Shown: in pieces, positions 44,155 through 54,202 of the stretch
Layout of the letters: each line of letters opens with the position of its first letter
Position numbering within the stretch: position 1 is the stretch's first letter
From: Planctomycetota bacterium
GTDB lineage: Bacteria > Planctomycetota > MHYJ01 > WSZJ01
DNA: 64,000 bases
Reading direction: 5' to 3'
Assembly (NCBI GenBank): GCA_009773755.1
Contig: WSZJ01000007.1
Location: forward strand, 3,493-67,492
Program-made: the position numbers and the translations under genes
The notes under the pieces: generated by a model
The model's database searches: none
What the model was told of the DNA's origin: nothing
Seen by the model: the letters and a program-made list of their open reading frames with translations, nothing else

Positions 44155-44660
44155 GACGGGCTCCCTCCATTGGAAGCGGAGAGCGCGGCGACGGCCGCGC
44201 GGAAACGGGCGACGAGCGAGTCGGCGTCGGAAGCGGCAAATCCGTCTTCGACGAGAAGGCGGAGGCCGGGCTCGAGGACGACTTCGCGGACGGTGACAGT
44301 TTTCACGGCGGGGCGGCGCTGCTGGGGGCGTTCGGTCACGCCGCGGAGAACGGATTCGAGTTCGGCCTCGGAGCGGCCGTAGAGAAGTTTCTGAATCTGC
44401 AGGAGCGGACGGCCCTGATGCTGAAGCGCCTTGATGGTGAGGACCTGGAGAACCTGGCGCCAACCGTAGCGGGCCTCCCTGTCGACGATGCGCGGGCGGT
44501 CGACGAGGCCCATGGTGGTGTAGTAGCGGACGGTGCGCGCGTCGGGGGCGTCGGAGACGCGGCCATCCGTCTGGGCGTCGAGGAGTCCGTGTTTCTGCAG
44601 GAGGCGTGTCGCGTCCTGGCAGAGCTCGTCGAGGGTGAGGTCGTCGGTGGGTGGGGTCAT
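44151..44660 (-). CDS. MerR-like HTH protein
   Basis: Start at MTPPTDDLTLDEL. ARTVRYYTTMGLVDRP resembles the MerR HTH recognition segment. ATGA overlap with the VIT-vWA gene. Confidence 0.55.
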   Translation of the reverse strand: MTPPTDDLTLDELCQDATRLLQKHGLLDAQTDGRVSDAPDARTVRYYTTMGLVDRPRIVDREARYGWRQVLQVLTIKALQHQGRPLLQIQKLLYGRSEAELESVLRGVTERPQQRRPAVKTVTVREVVLEPGLRLLVEDGFAASDADSLVARFRAAVAALSASNGGSPS

Positions 44661-44831
44661 ACTTGCAGTAATAATAGAGTATTGCTGTAATGCTGTCAAC
44701 GTGGATCGCCAAAATCTCAAATTGCAACCCATTGCCGCCAATTGACTTAGGAATTCATGCGGATGCGGGTTGCTTTTTCGCCGCGCAGTCTCCCCAAATC
44801 CTCAAGGGTTCACTTGACGCGCGGGTGACTC

Positions 44832-45317
44832 CTATCGCTTCGCCGGCGCCTTTCCGGGCGGCGGTATCAACTCCTTCACGAGCGACTCCACACGAACCGC
44901 AATCTGCGCCGCCGCGTACCGGTAGGCGTCTATCCCCTCACCCATCGGGTCAGGCACGTCCCCCGACGGGTCGAGCAGCCGAATCTTCCCGGCAGACTCC
45001 GGGTGGATCCGCAGCATCGCCTGGAAGTGCTCGTGCGCCGCCGCGAATGCGACGTCGGTTGACATCAGGTGGGCGACACGAAGGATGCGCGACGAATGCT
45101 GCGCGCCCGTGATCCCTAGCTCCGCCAACGCAATCCTCGCATCCGCCGGCATGTCCATGCCGTCGTACGCATTCGTCCCCGCTGACTCAATCGCCCATCC
45201 CTTCGCCGCCAGCGACTCCACCGGCAGCTTCAGCCGCGCCGCAATGCCGCGCTTCATCAGGTGCTCCGCCATCGGCGAACGGCAGAGATTTCCGGTGCAG
45301 ACGAAGAGGATGCGCAT
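44832..45317 (-). CDS. low-molecular-weight protein-tyrosine phosphatase / ArsC-like
   Basis: MRILFVCTGNLCRSPMAE is the C-x5-R-S P-loop of the LMW-PTP family, and a downstream DP motif is present. Confidence 0.85.
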   Translation of the reverse strand: MRILFVCTGNLCRSPMAEHLMKRGIAARLKLPVESLAAKGWAIESAGTNAYDGMDMPADARIALAELGITGAQHSSRILRVAHLMSTDVAFAAAHEHFQAMLRIHPESAGKIRLLDPSGDVPDPMGEGIDAYRYAAAQIAVRVESLVKELIPPPGKAPAKR

Positions 45318-45357
45318 GGTCTTCTGATTTTACTCTTCACGAGGACCATCGATCGGC

Positions 45358-46338
45358 CTATCCGCGCGCCGCCTTCTTGCCCTTCGCCGCGCTCCCGCGC
45401 TTCAACGCCAGCCGCAGCATCGTCTCGCACAGGTCCGCGTAACCGAGACCGCTCGCCAGCGCCGCCTTCGGAAGGAGCGACCGCTCCGTCAGTCCGGGGA
45501 GGGTGTTGACCTCAAGCACCATCGGCCCACGCTTCTCGTGGAAGATCACGTCGACGCGCGAGAAGTGCTCGCAGCGAAGGGCTCGATGCGCGGCGACGGC
45601 GGCTTGCGCGACGGCGCGCTCGACGATTTCGGGCAGGTGCGGCTTGACGAGGTACTCCGTGCCCGTGTCGACGTACTTCGCTTCAAAGTCGAAGAACTCG
45701 CGCTTCGGGCGCAGCTCGATCAGCGGCAGCGCGCGGCTCTCGAGAATGCCGACGGTCAGCTCGCGTCCCTGGATGAATTCTTCCACGAGGACGCGCGAGT
45801 CGAAGTGGAACGCGGCGTCGAACGCGGCGTCGAGCCCGGAGCGGTCGCGGACGATCGAAACGCCGACGCTGGAGCCTTCGCGCGCGGGCTTGATGACGAG
45901 TGGGAATCCGACTTCGGCGGCGGCGGAGGCGCGGGCGAACGTGTCGTCGCCTTTGCCGACCGTGGTGAATCCGGCGGTCGGGACGGCGTGGGCGATGAAG
46001 AGGCTCTTGCTGAGAATCTTGTCGAACGCATTGAAGGACGCGTCGGCGGGCGAGCCGGTGTACGGGATGCCGCGGTCTTCGAGGATCTTCTGGAGCGTGC
46101 CGTCCTCGCCGAAGCGTCCGTGCAGCGCGAGGAATGCGGCGTCGTACTCGAACGGTTCCGGGAGCGCGGCGTCGATGATCACGAGTTCCGCGGGAAAGCC
46201 CGCGTCCGCGAGCGCCTTCTGCGCGGCGCGACCGCTTCGAAGCGAGACTTCGCGTTCGGAGCCGGGGCCGCCGGCGAGGACGGCGACCTTGAGCGTGCGG
46301 TCGGAAAGGGCACGAAAGAGAGACCTGGTTTTGCGCAT
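45358..46338 (-). CDS. ddl: D-alanine--D-alanine ligase
   Basis: Ddl blocks are present: GGPGSEREVSLRSG, LHGRFGEDGTLQ, KPAREGSSVG, EVNTLPG. Confidence 0.9.
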   Translation of the reverse strand: MRKTRSLFRALSDRTLKVAVLAGGPGSEREVSLRSGRAAQKALADAGFPAELVIIDAALPEPFEYDAAFLALHGRFGEDGTLQKILEDRGIPYTGSPADASFNAFDKILSKSLFIAHAVPTAGFTTVGKGDDTFARASAAAEVGFPLVIKPAREGSSVGVSIVRDRSGLDAAFDAAFHFDSRVLVEEFIQGRELTVGILESRALPLIELRPKREFFDFEAKYVDTGTEYLVKPHLPEIVERAVAQAAVAAHRALRCEHFSRVDVIFHEKRGPMVLEVNTLPGLTERSLLPKAALASGLGYADLCETMLRLALKRGSAAKGKKAARG

Positions 46339-46357
46339 GGGGATGAGCCTTGGTTGT

Positions 46358-46392
46358 GGGAGTGGGGAGTCGGTAGTGGGCAGGGGGTAGTT
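46358..46392. repeat. heptamer-periodic GGNAGTN tract (GGTAG family)
   Basis: The sequence gggagtg gggagtc ggtagtg ggcaggg ggtagtt lies in the murB-ddl spacer. Confidence 0.6.
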
Positions 46393-47239
46393 ACGACCAG
46401 ACTTTGATCTCCAGTTCGAGCTCTACGCCGTGGCGCTCTTTCACCTGGCCGCGGATTTTCGAGATCAACTCCAGCATGTCCGCGGCTGAGGCGTGGTCGT
46501 CGTTTGTGAGGAAATTTGCGTGGAGGGCGGAAACGGCCGCTCCGCCGATTCGCGCGCCCTTGAATCCGCACTCATCGATCATGCGGCCTGCGGCGAGACC
46601 GGGAGGATTCTTGAAGACGCAGCCGGCGGAGTGGCTGTGAAGCGGCTGGGAGGCCTTCTTCTGCTGGAAGATGTCGCGCATCCGGGAACGGATCTCGTCG
46701 CGGTCGCCCTCGGGGAATTCAAAGTCCGCCGAGAGTATGATCCGGTTCTTGAGGTCGGAGTCGCGGTAGCGGAAGCCGCACTGGTCGCGCTCGAGCGTGA
46801 CAAGCCGGCCGTCGGGCTCGGCGACTTTCACGCGCTTCACGAACTCGCCGATCTCGCCGTAGTGGCCGCCGGCATTCATGAGGAGCGCGCCGCCGACCGT
46901 GCCCGGGATCCCGCAGAGCGCTTCCGCGCCCTTGCTGGAGTTGTCCGCGAGTTTCTTCACGAAGGCGGGGAACGAAGCGCCGGCTTCGGCTTTCGCGTAC
47001 GGGCCGAAGGCGTCGGTGTGCTTGAACCGCTCGAGCGAGAGGACCGCGGGCCAGCCGCGGTCGCCGACGAGGACGTTTGTGCCGCCGCCGAGGACGCGCA
47101 GCTCGAGCCCCTTCGCACGGCAGTACGACATCGCCTGCGAGACTTCTTCCATCCGCTCGGGGATGAAGAAGTACTCGGCGGTGCCGCCGATGCGGTACGA
47201 AGTGCGGGGGGCGAGAGGCTCGTCGCGCTTGAGGATCAT
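46391..47239 (-). CDS. murB: UDP-N-acetylenolpyruvoylglucosamine reductase
   Basis: Start at MILKRDEPLAPRTSYRIGG (ATG is rc of 47237-47239, ATGA overlap with the murC stop). Blocks GGGTNVL, IPGTVGGA, SAGCVFKNP. The upstream part of the track ORF is an alternative-frame artefact. Confidence 0.9.
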   Translation of the reverse strand: MILKRDEPLAPRTSYRIGGTAEYFFIPERMEEVSQAMSYCRAKGLELRVLGGGTNVLVGDRGWPAVLSLERFKHTDAFGPYAKAEAGASFPAFVKKLADNSSKGAEALCGIPGTVGGALLMNAGGHYGEIGEFVKRVKVAEPDGRLVTLERDQCGFRYRDSDLKNRIILSADFEFPEGDRDEIRSRMRDIFQQKKASQPLHSHSAGCVFKNPPGLAAGRMIDECGFKGARIGGAAVSALHANFLTNDDHASAADMLELISKIRGQVKERHGVELELEIKVWS

Positions 47240-48621
47240 ACGGCCACCCTTCCGGAATCGGTTTGGGGGACGAGGAGGGACATGGCGCCGGCGATCTTGA
47301 AGACGTCTCCCGCGCCCATGGTGAGGAGGACGGCGGGGGCGGGTATGTCGCGAAGGGCCTGGACGCAGTCGTCGAAGGAAGCGAAGGCGCGCGCGGCGGT
47401 GCCGGCGGCGCGGATGTCGTCGGCGAGGTCCTGCGCGCAGACTGCGCGGCGGTCCTCGTCGGAGTCGCGCGCGGCATATATTCCAGGGATGAGGACCTCG
47501 TCGGCGTCGGCGAAGGCGTGGGCGAAGCCGTCGCGGAAGATGCGCGTCCGCGAGTACTGGTGCGGCTGGAAGATCGCGACGATGCGGCGGTCCGGGCAGA
47601 TCGAGCGGAGCGCGGCCAGCGAAGCGCGGACCTCGGTCGGGTGGTGAGCGTAGTCGTCCATAACGGAGACGGGGCCGCGCACGAGCCACTGCATCCGGCG
47701 TTGCACGCCGCGGAAGGTCGCGAGCGCGCCGGCGATCCTGTCCCCGGGCATCTCGAGCGCGTGCGCGACGGCGATCGCCGCGAGCGCGTTCTTCACGTTG
47801 TGCTCGCCGGGGATCGCGAGCTCGAAGGAGCCGAAGAGCGCTTCATGACGCAGTGCGTCAAATTTCCAGCGTCCGTCCTCCACCCGCAGGTTGATCGCGC
47901 GCCAGTCCATCCCCGGCCCGAACCCGAACGTCTCCACGCGGCAGCGCGCCGACTTCATCGCGCGGGCGCAGTTCCCGTCCTCGCCGTTGATGACCACGAG
48001 CCCCTCGGGCGGCACGTGCGACAGGAACACGCCGAACGACCCGATAATCTCGTCGATGTCGCGGTAGTAGTCGAGGTGGTCCTCCTCGATGTTCGTCACC
48101 ACAGCGATGTGCGGGTAGAGGTTGTGAAAGCTGCGGAAGTGCTCGCACGCCTCGGCGACGAACGGCTCGCCCTTGCCGCCGCGCGACGACCCGCCCAGGT
48201 CCGGAATCACGCCGCCCACCACGAACGACGGGTCGTACCCCCCGCGATCCAGCACGAACGCTGTCATCGCGCTCGTCGTCGACTTCCCGTGACACCCCGC
48301 GACCGCAATCCCGAACCGGTCGCGCATCAGTTCCCCCAGCAGCGTCGCGTACTTCACGATCGGCAGCGACCGCCGCCGCGCCTCAGCAATCTCCGGATTC
48401 TTCTCGTCCACCGCCGCCGTCACCACCACCCGCGAAGTCTCCGCCGGCACGTTCTCCGCCGCGTGCCCGATCGCGATCCGCGCCCCCTTCATCGACAGCT
48501 CTTCCGTCACCTCGCTCTTCCCGATGTCGCTCCCGCTCACCGGAATCCCGCGCGCCATCAGAATCCGCGCCGCACCCGACATCCCGATCCCGCCGATCCC
48601 CACAAAATGGAACGACGCCAT
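47236..48621 (-). CDS. murC: UDP-N-acetylmuramate--L-alanine ligase
   Basis: Start at MASFHFVGIGGIGMSG. Blocks VAGCHGKSTT, DYAHHP. Confidence 0.9.
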   Translation of the reverse strand: MASFHFVGIGGIGMSGAARILMARGIPVSGSDIGKSEVTEELSMKGARIAIGHAAENVPAETSRVVVTAAVDEKNPEIAEARRRSLPIVKYATLLGELMRDRFGIAVAGCHGKSTTSAMTAFVLDRGGYDPSFVVGGVIPDLGGSSRGGKGEPFVAEACEHFRSFHNLYPHIAVVTNIEEDHLDYYRDIDEIIGSFGVFLSHVPPEGLVVINGEDGNCARAMKSARCRVETFGFGPGMDWRAINLRVEDGRWKFDALRHEALFGSFELAIPGEHNVKNALAAIAVAHALEMPGDRIAGALATFRGVQRRMQWLVRGPVSVMDDYAHHPTEVRASLAALRSICPDRRIVAIFQPHQYSRTRIFRDGFAHAFADADEVLIPGIYAARDSDEDRRAVCAQDLADDIRAAGTAARAFASFDDCVQALRDIPAPAVLLTMGAGDVFKIAGAMSLLVPQTDSGRVAV

Positions 48622-48884
48622 GGTGTCCCCTCTAAGCGACTGCACCGTGGGCCCCGGGATCCGCGGCAACAAGGAACACCGGCCCCATTCGACGCGGATA
48701 CGCCCGCATTTTCGGCGCTTCATCGCAATCTGATCTATCGGCGCGAAGCGCGGCGGAAACTAAGGGGGAAATTGCCTCGCGCGGGGAAAACTGCAGCGCG
48801 GAGTGTTGAGATTTGAGCGTTGAGCAGTTGTGAGTCGGGAGTGCAATTCGACACTGGTGCGCGGCCGTCACTCAACTCTCAAAA

Positions 48885-49997
48885 CTACTCCTGGAGTACG
48901 GCTTCGATCTTGCGAAGCACGACTTGCGCCGCCACGGCGTTCCCAAGTTCCCACCCGGCCGCGCTCATGCGGGCGAGCGTCGAACGGTCCCGCATCATCC
49001 TCTCGAAGCGGTCGAAGGCGATGTCGTCGAGGGCCGCTTCAGGCAAATGCCACGCAGCTCCGGCTTTCTCGGCGGCCTCCGCATTCGCTCGCTGGTGGCC
49101 GTTGGCGCTGGTGGGGAGCGGAATGAGCGCGAGCGGAATGCCTAGCGCCGTCGCTTCCGCGATCGTCGTGCCGCCCGCGCGGCAGACGACCAGGTCGGCG
49201 GCGCCGTAGAAGAGGTCCATGCGGTCGCAGAAGGGGGTGACCCAGGCGGAGACGTTGTTGAAGCGGTAGGCGCCGTCGACCTGGGCCCAGTCGGCCTGGC
49301 CGGTGGCGTGGACGACGTTCCAGTCCTTGAGGCGGTGGGCGCGGAGGCGGAAGAACTCGTTGATGGCGTGGGCGCCCTGGGAGCCGCCGAGGATGCCGAT
49401 GGTGGGCTTCTTCGGGTCGAAGCCGAGGGACTTGCGGGCTTCGGGGTCGCGGTCGAGCTGGCGGATCGGGTTGCCGGTGAAAACTCCGCCCGGTATCAAC
49501 TTGACCGCTTCCTTCCACTGGCAGCAGACGAGTTTCGAGAAGCGGGCGAGGAACTGGTTGGCGCGGCCGACGATGGCGTTCTGTTCAAGCAGGACTACCG
49601 GGACGCCGAGGGCGCGCGCCGCTAGAACCGTGGGGACGCTTCCGTAGCCGCCGACGCCGACGACGATGTCCGGGTTGAAGGATTTCAGCTCGGAGTAGGC
49701 ATTGCGGAACGCGCTCCACGATTCGGGGACGAAGCCGCCGACGAGGCCGGTGAAGCCGACCCAGCGGGGGGCGGCCATGGCGTGGTGGTCGAAGCTGGTG
49801 CGCGAGAGGATGACTTCGTCGATGGGGCGCTTGGTGCAGAGAAACGTGACGCGCGCGTCGGGCGTGCGGCGGCGGATTTCGTCTGCGAGCGCGATGGCCG
49901 GGTACAGGTGGCCGCCCGTGCCGCCGCCAGCGAACGCCACGGCAGGAGCGCGGCGGATTTTCTTTTCGATGTGAGCGTGGAAGAGTTGAAGGATCAC
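48885..49997 (-). CDS. murG: undecaprenyldiphospho-muramoylpentapeptide beta-N-acetylglucosaminyltransferase
   Basis: Contains GGGTGGHLYPAIALA and VCRAGGTTIAE. GTG start overlapping the ftsW stop. Confidence 0.9.
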   Translation of the reverse strand: MILQLFHAHIEKKIRRAPAVAFAGGGTGGHLYPAIALADEIRRRTPDARVTFLCTKRPIDEVILSRTSFDHHAMAAPRWVGFTGLVGGFVPESWSAFRNAYSELKSFNPDIVVGVGGYGSVPTVLAARALGVPVVLLEQNAIVGRANQFLARFSKLVCCQWKEAVKLIPGGVFTGNPIRQLDRDPEARKSLGFDPKKPTIGILGGSQGAHAINEFFRLRAHRLKDWNVVHATGQADWAQVDGAYRFNNVSAWVTPFCDRMDLFYGAADLVVCRAGGTTIAEATALGIPLALIPLPTSANGHQRANAEAAEKAGAAWHLPEAALDDIAFDRFERMMRDRSTLARMSAAGWELGNAVAAQVVLRKIEAVLQE

Positions 49998-51199
49998 TGG
50001 GGGGGCTCCGGGGAGTGGTAGGCGGGCGCGAGGCCGGCGGGGGCTGGCGGAGGCTGGCGAAGGCCCTTCGACTCGCTCCGCTCGCTCAGGGCCGGGCTGG
50101 CGGAGGCTGGCGAAGGCTGGGCTTCAGCCGGTTCGCGGCCGGCGCTGATCACAAATCCCATCGCCGCGAGCGTGAAGAACAACCCGGAGCCTCCGAAGGA
50201 GAGGAACGGGAGGGAGATGCCTTTGGTCGGCATCGAGGCTGTCACAACCGCGATGTTCATCGCGGCCTGAAATCCGACGCTCGCGAGCATTCCGGCCGCC
50301 GCGAGGGCGCCGAAGGCGGACGGGCAGCGGCGGGCGATGGCGCGGCCGTGCCAGAGGAGGAAGAGGAACAAGCCGATGACGCCGAGGGTGCCGACGAGGC
50401 CGAGTTCTTCGCCGACGATGGAGAAAATGAAGTCGGTGTGCTTCTCGGGGAGGAAGAAGAGCTTCTGGCGGGACATGCCGAGGCCGGCGCCGCAGGTGCC
50501 GCCGCTTCCCAGGGCGATGAGCGCCTGCTTGATCTGGTAGCCGCGGCCCAGAGGGTCGGCGTCGGGGTTGAGGAAGACGAAGATGCGCTCCTGGGCGTGC
50601 TGGAACTTGAAGTACGCGCCGACGGCGGCGACGGGGAGGACGGCGAGCGCGCACGGGATGGCGTGGAGGAGTCGGACGCCGCCGAGGATGGCGACGCAGC
50701 TGCCGGCGATGGCGAGGAGCGCGGCGGTGCCGAGGTCGGGCTCGATTGCGGTGAGGCCGACGGCGAGCGCGATCGCGCCTGCGGCGGGGAGGAAGCCGCG
50801 CTTGAACGAGCGCGCGCGCTCCGGGTCGCGGCCGAGATACCACGCGAGGAAAACCGGGAGGCCGATTTTCATGAGTTCGCTCGGCTGGAACGACAGGTCG
50901 CCCGCGCGAAACCAGCGGCGCGCGCCGTTGACCTCGGAGCCGATGCCGGGGATGAGCACGGCGACCAGAAGCGCCAGCGCGCCGCCGAAAATCCAGGGCG
51001 CCGCCTGCTCGAACTTGCGCACTTCCACGACCGACGCCGCCGCGAAGGCGCAGAGGCCGAGGCCGAGCCAGAAGAGGTGCTTCACCACGTCCCCCGTCAG
51101 CCGGTCCGCCGCCGGCGCGCTCGCGCTGTAGATCATCACCGTCCCCAGCGCGCAGAGCGCAAGGACGGAGAAGACCACGGCGCCGCGGGAAGCGCTCAC
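49994..51199 (-). CDS. ftsW: SEDS-family division protein FtsW
   Basis: Polytopic FtsW/RodA family protein (PSELMK, TDFIFSIVGEELG, LPFLSFGGSG) between mraY and murG. The C-terminal ~45 aa are encoded by a REP-like insertion and its flanking duplication. Confidence 0.85.
   Translation of the reverse strand: MSASRGAVVFSVLALCALGTVMIYSASAPAADRLTGDVVKHLFWLGLGLCAFAAASVVEVRKFEQAAPWIFGGALALLVAVLIPGIGSEVNGARRWFRAGDLSFQPSELMKIGLPVFLAWYLGRDPERARSFKRGFLPAAGAIALAVGLTAIEPDLGTAALLAIAGSCVAILGGVRLLHAIPCALAVLPVAAVGAYFKFQHAQERIFVFLNPDADPLGRGYQIKQALIALGSGGTCGAGLGMSRQKLFFLPEKHTDFIFSIVGEELGLVGTLGVIGLFLFLLWHGRAIARRCPSAFGALAAAGMLASVGFQAAMNIAVVTASMPTKGISLPFLSFGGSGLFFTLAAMGFVISAGREPAEAQPSPASASPALSERSESKGLRQPPPAPAGLAPAYHSPEPPQ
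50041..50116. repeat. REP-like unit flanked by a perfect 23-bp direct repeat, inside the ftsW 3' end
   Basis: gggctggcggaggctggcgaagg occurs at 50041-50063 and again at 50094-50116. The two copies bracket cccttcgactcgctccgctcgctcagggcc (50064-50093). Confidence 0.85.
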
Positions 51200-52228
<1,029 letters not shown>

Positions 52229-52342
52229 GGGGCCCTCTCCGAGGTTTGGCCGTGGAGCCGGACCTTGGGCGCAATCCGGGCGCCCCGGGTTCCGGGATGG
52301 ATTACAACTTATAAATTGTAAAGTCCTGCGAAGCGAAAAAAG

Positions 52343-52531
52343 CTACGCCGTCCTCGCCGGACGCGACGCGCTCTTCAACGCGCCCCGCTGCAGACGCTTC
52401 GCCACTTCGTCCTTCTCGCTCATCGCGAACAGCAGCTCGACCACCGCATCCTCGCTCGACGTCCTCTCCCCCTTCCCCAGGATCGCCCGAGCCAGCCGCG
52501 CCACCGCTTCACGATCGTTGATCCGTTCCAT
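52343..52531 (-). CDS. small hypothetical protein inside the dcw cluster (62 aa)
   Basis: GAGAGGGGG RBS-like sequence 6 nt upstream of the ATG. The N-terminus MERINDREAVARLARAI is paralogous to the neighbouring 78-aa ORF. No TM and no family recognised. Confidence 0.4.
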   Translation of the reverse strand: MERINDREAVARLARAILGKGERTSSEDAVVELLFAMSEKDEVAKRLQRGALKSASRPARTA

Positions 52532-52598
52532 GACCCGCCCCCTCTCACGTTGTAAGCAACCTTGTCCCTGCCCCTGCCCGCTCCCACGCGACCCCGGC

Positions 52599-52835
52599 TC
52601 ACGACATCATTTTCTGGAGCATCACCCTCCGCGTCTCCGAAGCGGGAGGCATCAGCCCCATCAACTGGTCGAACTCTTCTTCCGCCGACTTCGCCGCCGC
52701 CTCAAGCCACCGAACCACCGCCGCCGGATCATTCAAGTCCGGCGGATTTGCCGCCGCACGCTTCGCATGCCGTGTGGCGATCACTCTCAGCAGCCGGGCC
52801 ACAGCCTCGTCGTCCGTCATCTCAATCCGGTTCAT
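52599..52835 (-). CDS. small hypothetical protein inside the dcw cluster (78 aa)
   Basis: GAGGAAGGG lies upstream of the ATG. The N-terminus is MNRIEMTDDEAVARLLRVI. It is preceded by a (GAGTTRC)4 heptamer tract. Confidence 0.4.
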   Translation of the reverse strand: MNRIEMTDDEAVARLLRVIATRHAKRAAANPPDLNDPAAVVRWLEAAAKSAEEEFDQLMGLMPPASETRRVMLQKMMS

Positions 52836-52845
52836 CTCGCCCTTC

Positions 52846-52880
52846 CTCGCAACTCGTAACTCGTAACTCGCAACTCGCCG
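52846..52880. repeat. tandem heptamer (CTCGYAA)n tract
   Basis: The sequence cctcgcaa ctcgtaa ctcgtaa ctcgcaa ctcgcc fills the whole murF-to-small-ORF spacer. Confidence 0.8.
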
Positions 52881-54175
52881 CTAGACCGGCACCACCGTCT
52901 GCACCGGCCGGAACGCCGCCAGCACCCGCTCCAACCTCATCCCCCGGCTCCCCTTCAGCAACGCCAGGTCCCCTTCCCTCAGGATGTCCGGCAGCGCCCG
53001 CGCCGCTTCATCGGCATTCGCAAACGCATGCGCCTCCAGCGTCCGTCTCAGCGTCTTCGCCTTGTGCACCGCGCGCGTCGCTTCCGGCCCGATCCCCACG
53101 AACACGCCCAGATTCGGCGTGCGCGCGACGCGGTCCCCGATCTTCTCGTGCAGCTTCGCCGACTCGCTTCCCAGCTCCAGCATGTCGCCGAAGATGAACA
53201 CGCGGCGCCGCGCGTCCCACAACTCGATCTCGTCGAGCGCGAGCGTCACGGCGCGCGGGTTGGCGTTGTACGCGTCGTTCACGAACTGCACGCCGGCAAG
53301 CTCGATCCGCTCCATCCGCATCGGCGGAAGCCGGAACGACATCAGCCGCTCGGCGATCTGCATCATGTCCAACCCCATCGTCAGGCCGACGGAAGCGGCG
53401 GCGAGGGCGTTGTACGCCATCCAGCGGCCGCAGATCGGGAGGACGAACGGGACGCGGTCCAGCGCGCGGTCGTCGCGCGCGACATCCGCTTCGTGTGCTC
53501 GTTGTCCATGTTCAGCACGGCCGTGCCGTTGTTCGCAAGCTTCTCGACCAGCGCGGCCTTCTCGCGGGCGATGGCGTCGATCGTGCCGAACCCTTCGAGG
53601 TGCGTTTCGCTGACCGTCGTGACGACGCTGACGTTCGGCTGCGCAATCCCCGCGAGATAGGCGATTTCGCCGGGGGCCGAAGTGCCGCACTCGACTACGA
53701 CGACGTCGGTTTCCTTGTCGATGCCGAGAAGGGTGATCGGGAGGCCGAGGTGATTGTTGTAGGACTTCTGGGAAGCGAGGACGGTTCGATCCGCGCCGAG
53801 GACGTGCGCGATCATGTCCTTGGCGGTGGTTTTTCCGTTCGAGCCGGTCACGGCGACGACGGGGACGCCCGACTTCGACCGGATCCGCTTAGCCAGGTCG
53901 CCGAGCGCCGCAACGGAATCCCGGACGCGCATCACGTTGCCGCGGCGGACCTTTTCGATCTCGCGGTCGACGATGACGGCCGAAGCGCCCTTTGAGAGCG
54001 CCTCCTGCACGAAGTCGTGCCCGTCCTGGTTGCGGCCGCGGATGGCGAAGAAGAGGTCGCCCTTCCTGACGGCGCGCGAATCGGTCTGGGCGCCCGTCGC
54101 TTCGCCGCCGCCGGTTCCGTGGACGAACTCTCCGTTCAGGACGGACTTGAGTTCGGACAGTTCGATCGGCAGCAT
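52881..54175 (-). pseudogene. murF: UDP-N-acetylmuramoyl-tripeptide--D-alanyl-D-alanine ligase with apparent frameshift
   Basis: Split between track ORFs 53381..54175 (..VAVTGSNGKTT..LNMDNEHT) and 52881..53690 (ADVARDD..LPICGRWMAYNALAA..DAYNANP..GDMLELG). The frames switch near 53489-53494. Total length is 1295 nt, not a multiple of 3. This may be a sequencing or assembly error rather than a true pseudogene. Confidence 0.7.
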
Positions 54176-54202
54176 GTTGCGAACCTCCCCGATGTTTTTA
54201 TT

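Noticed and set aside
44155-44727. N-terminal extension of track ORF 41677..44727 (VIT-vWA)
   Set aside because: It overlaps the MerR-like gene in another frame and is Pro/Arg-rich. The VIT domain begins right after the Met at 44154, which forms an ATGA junction.
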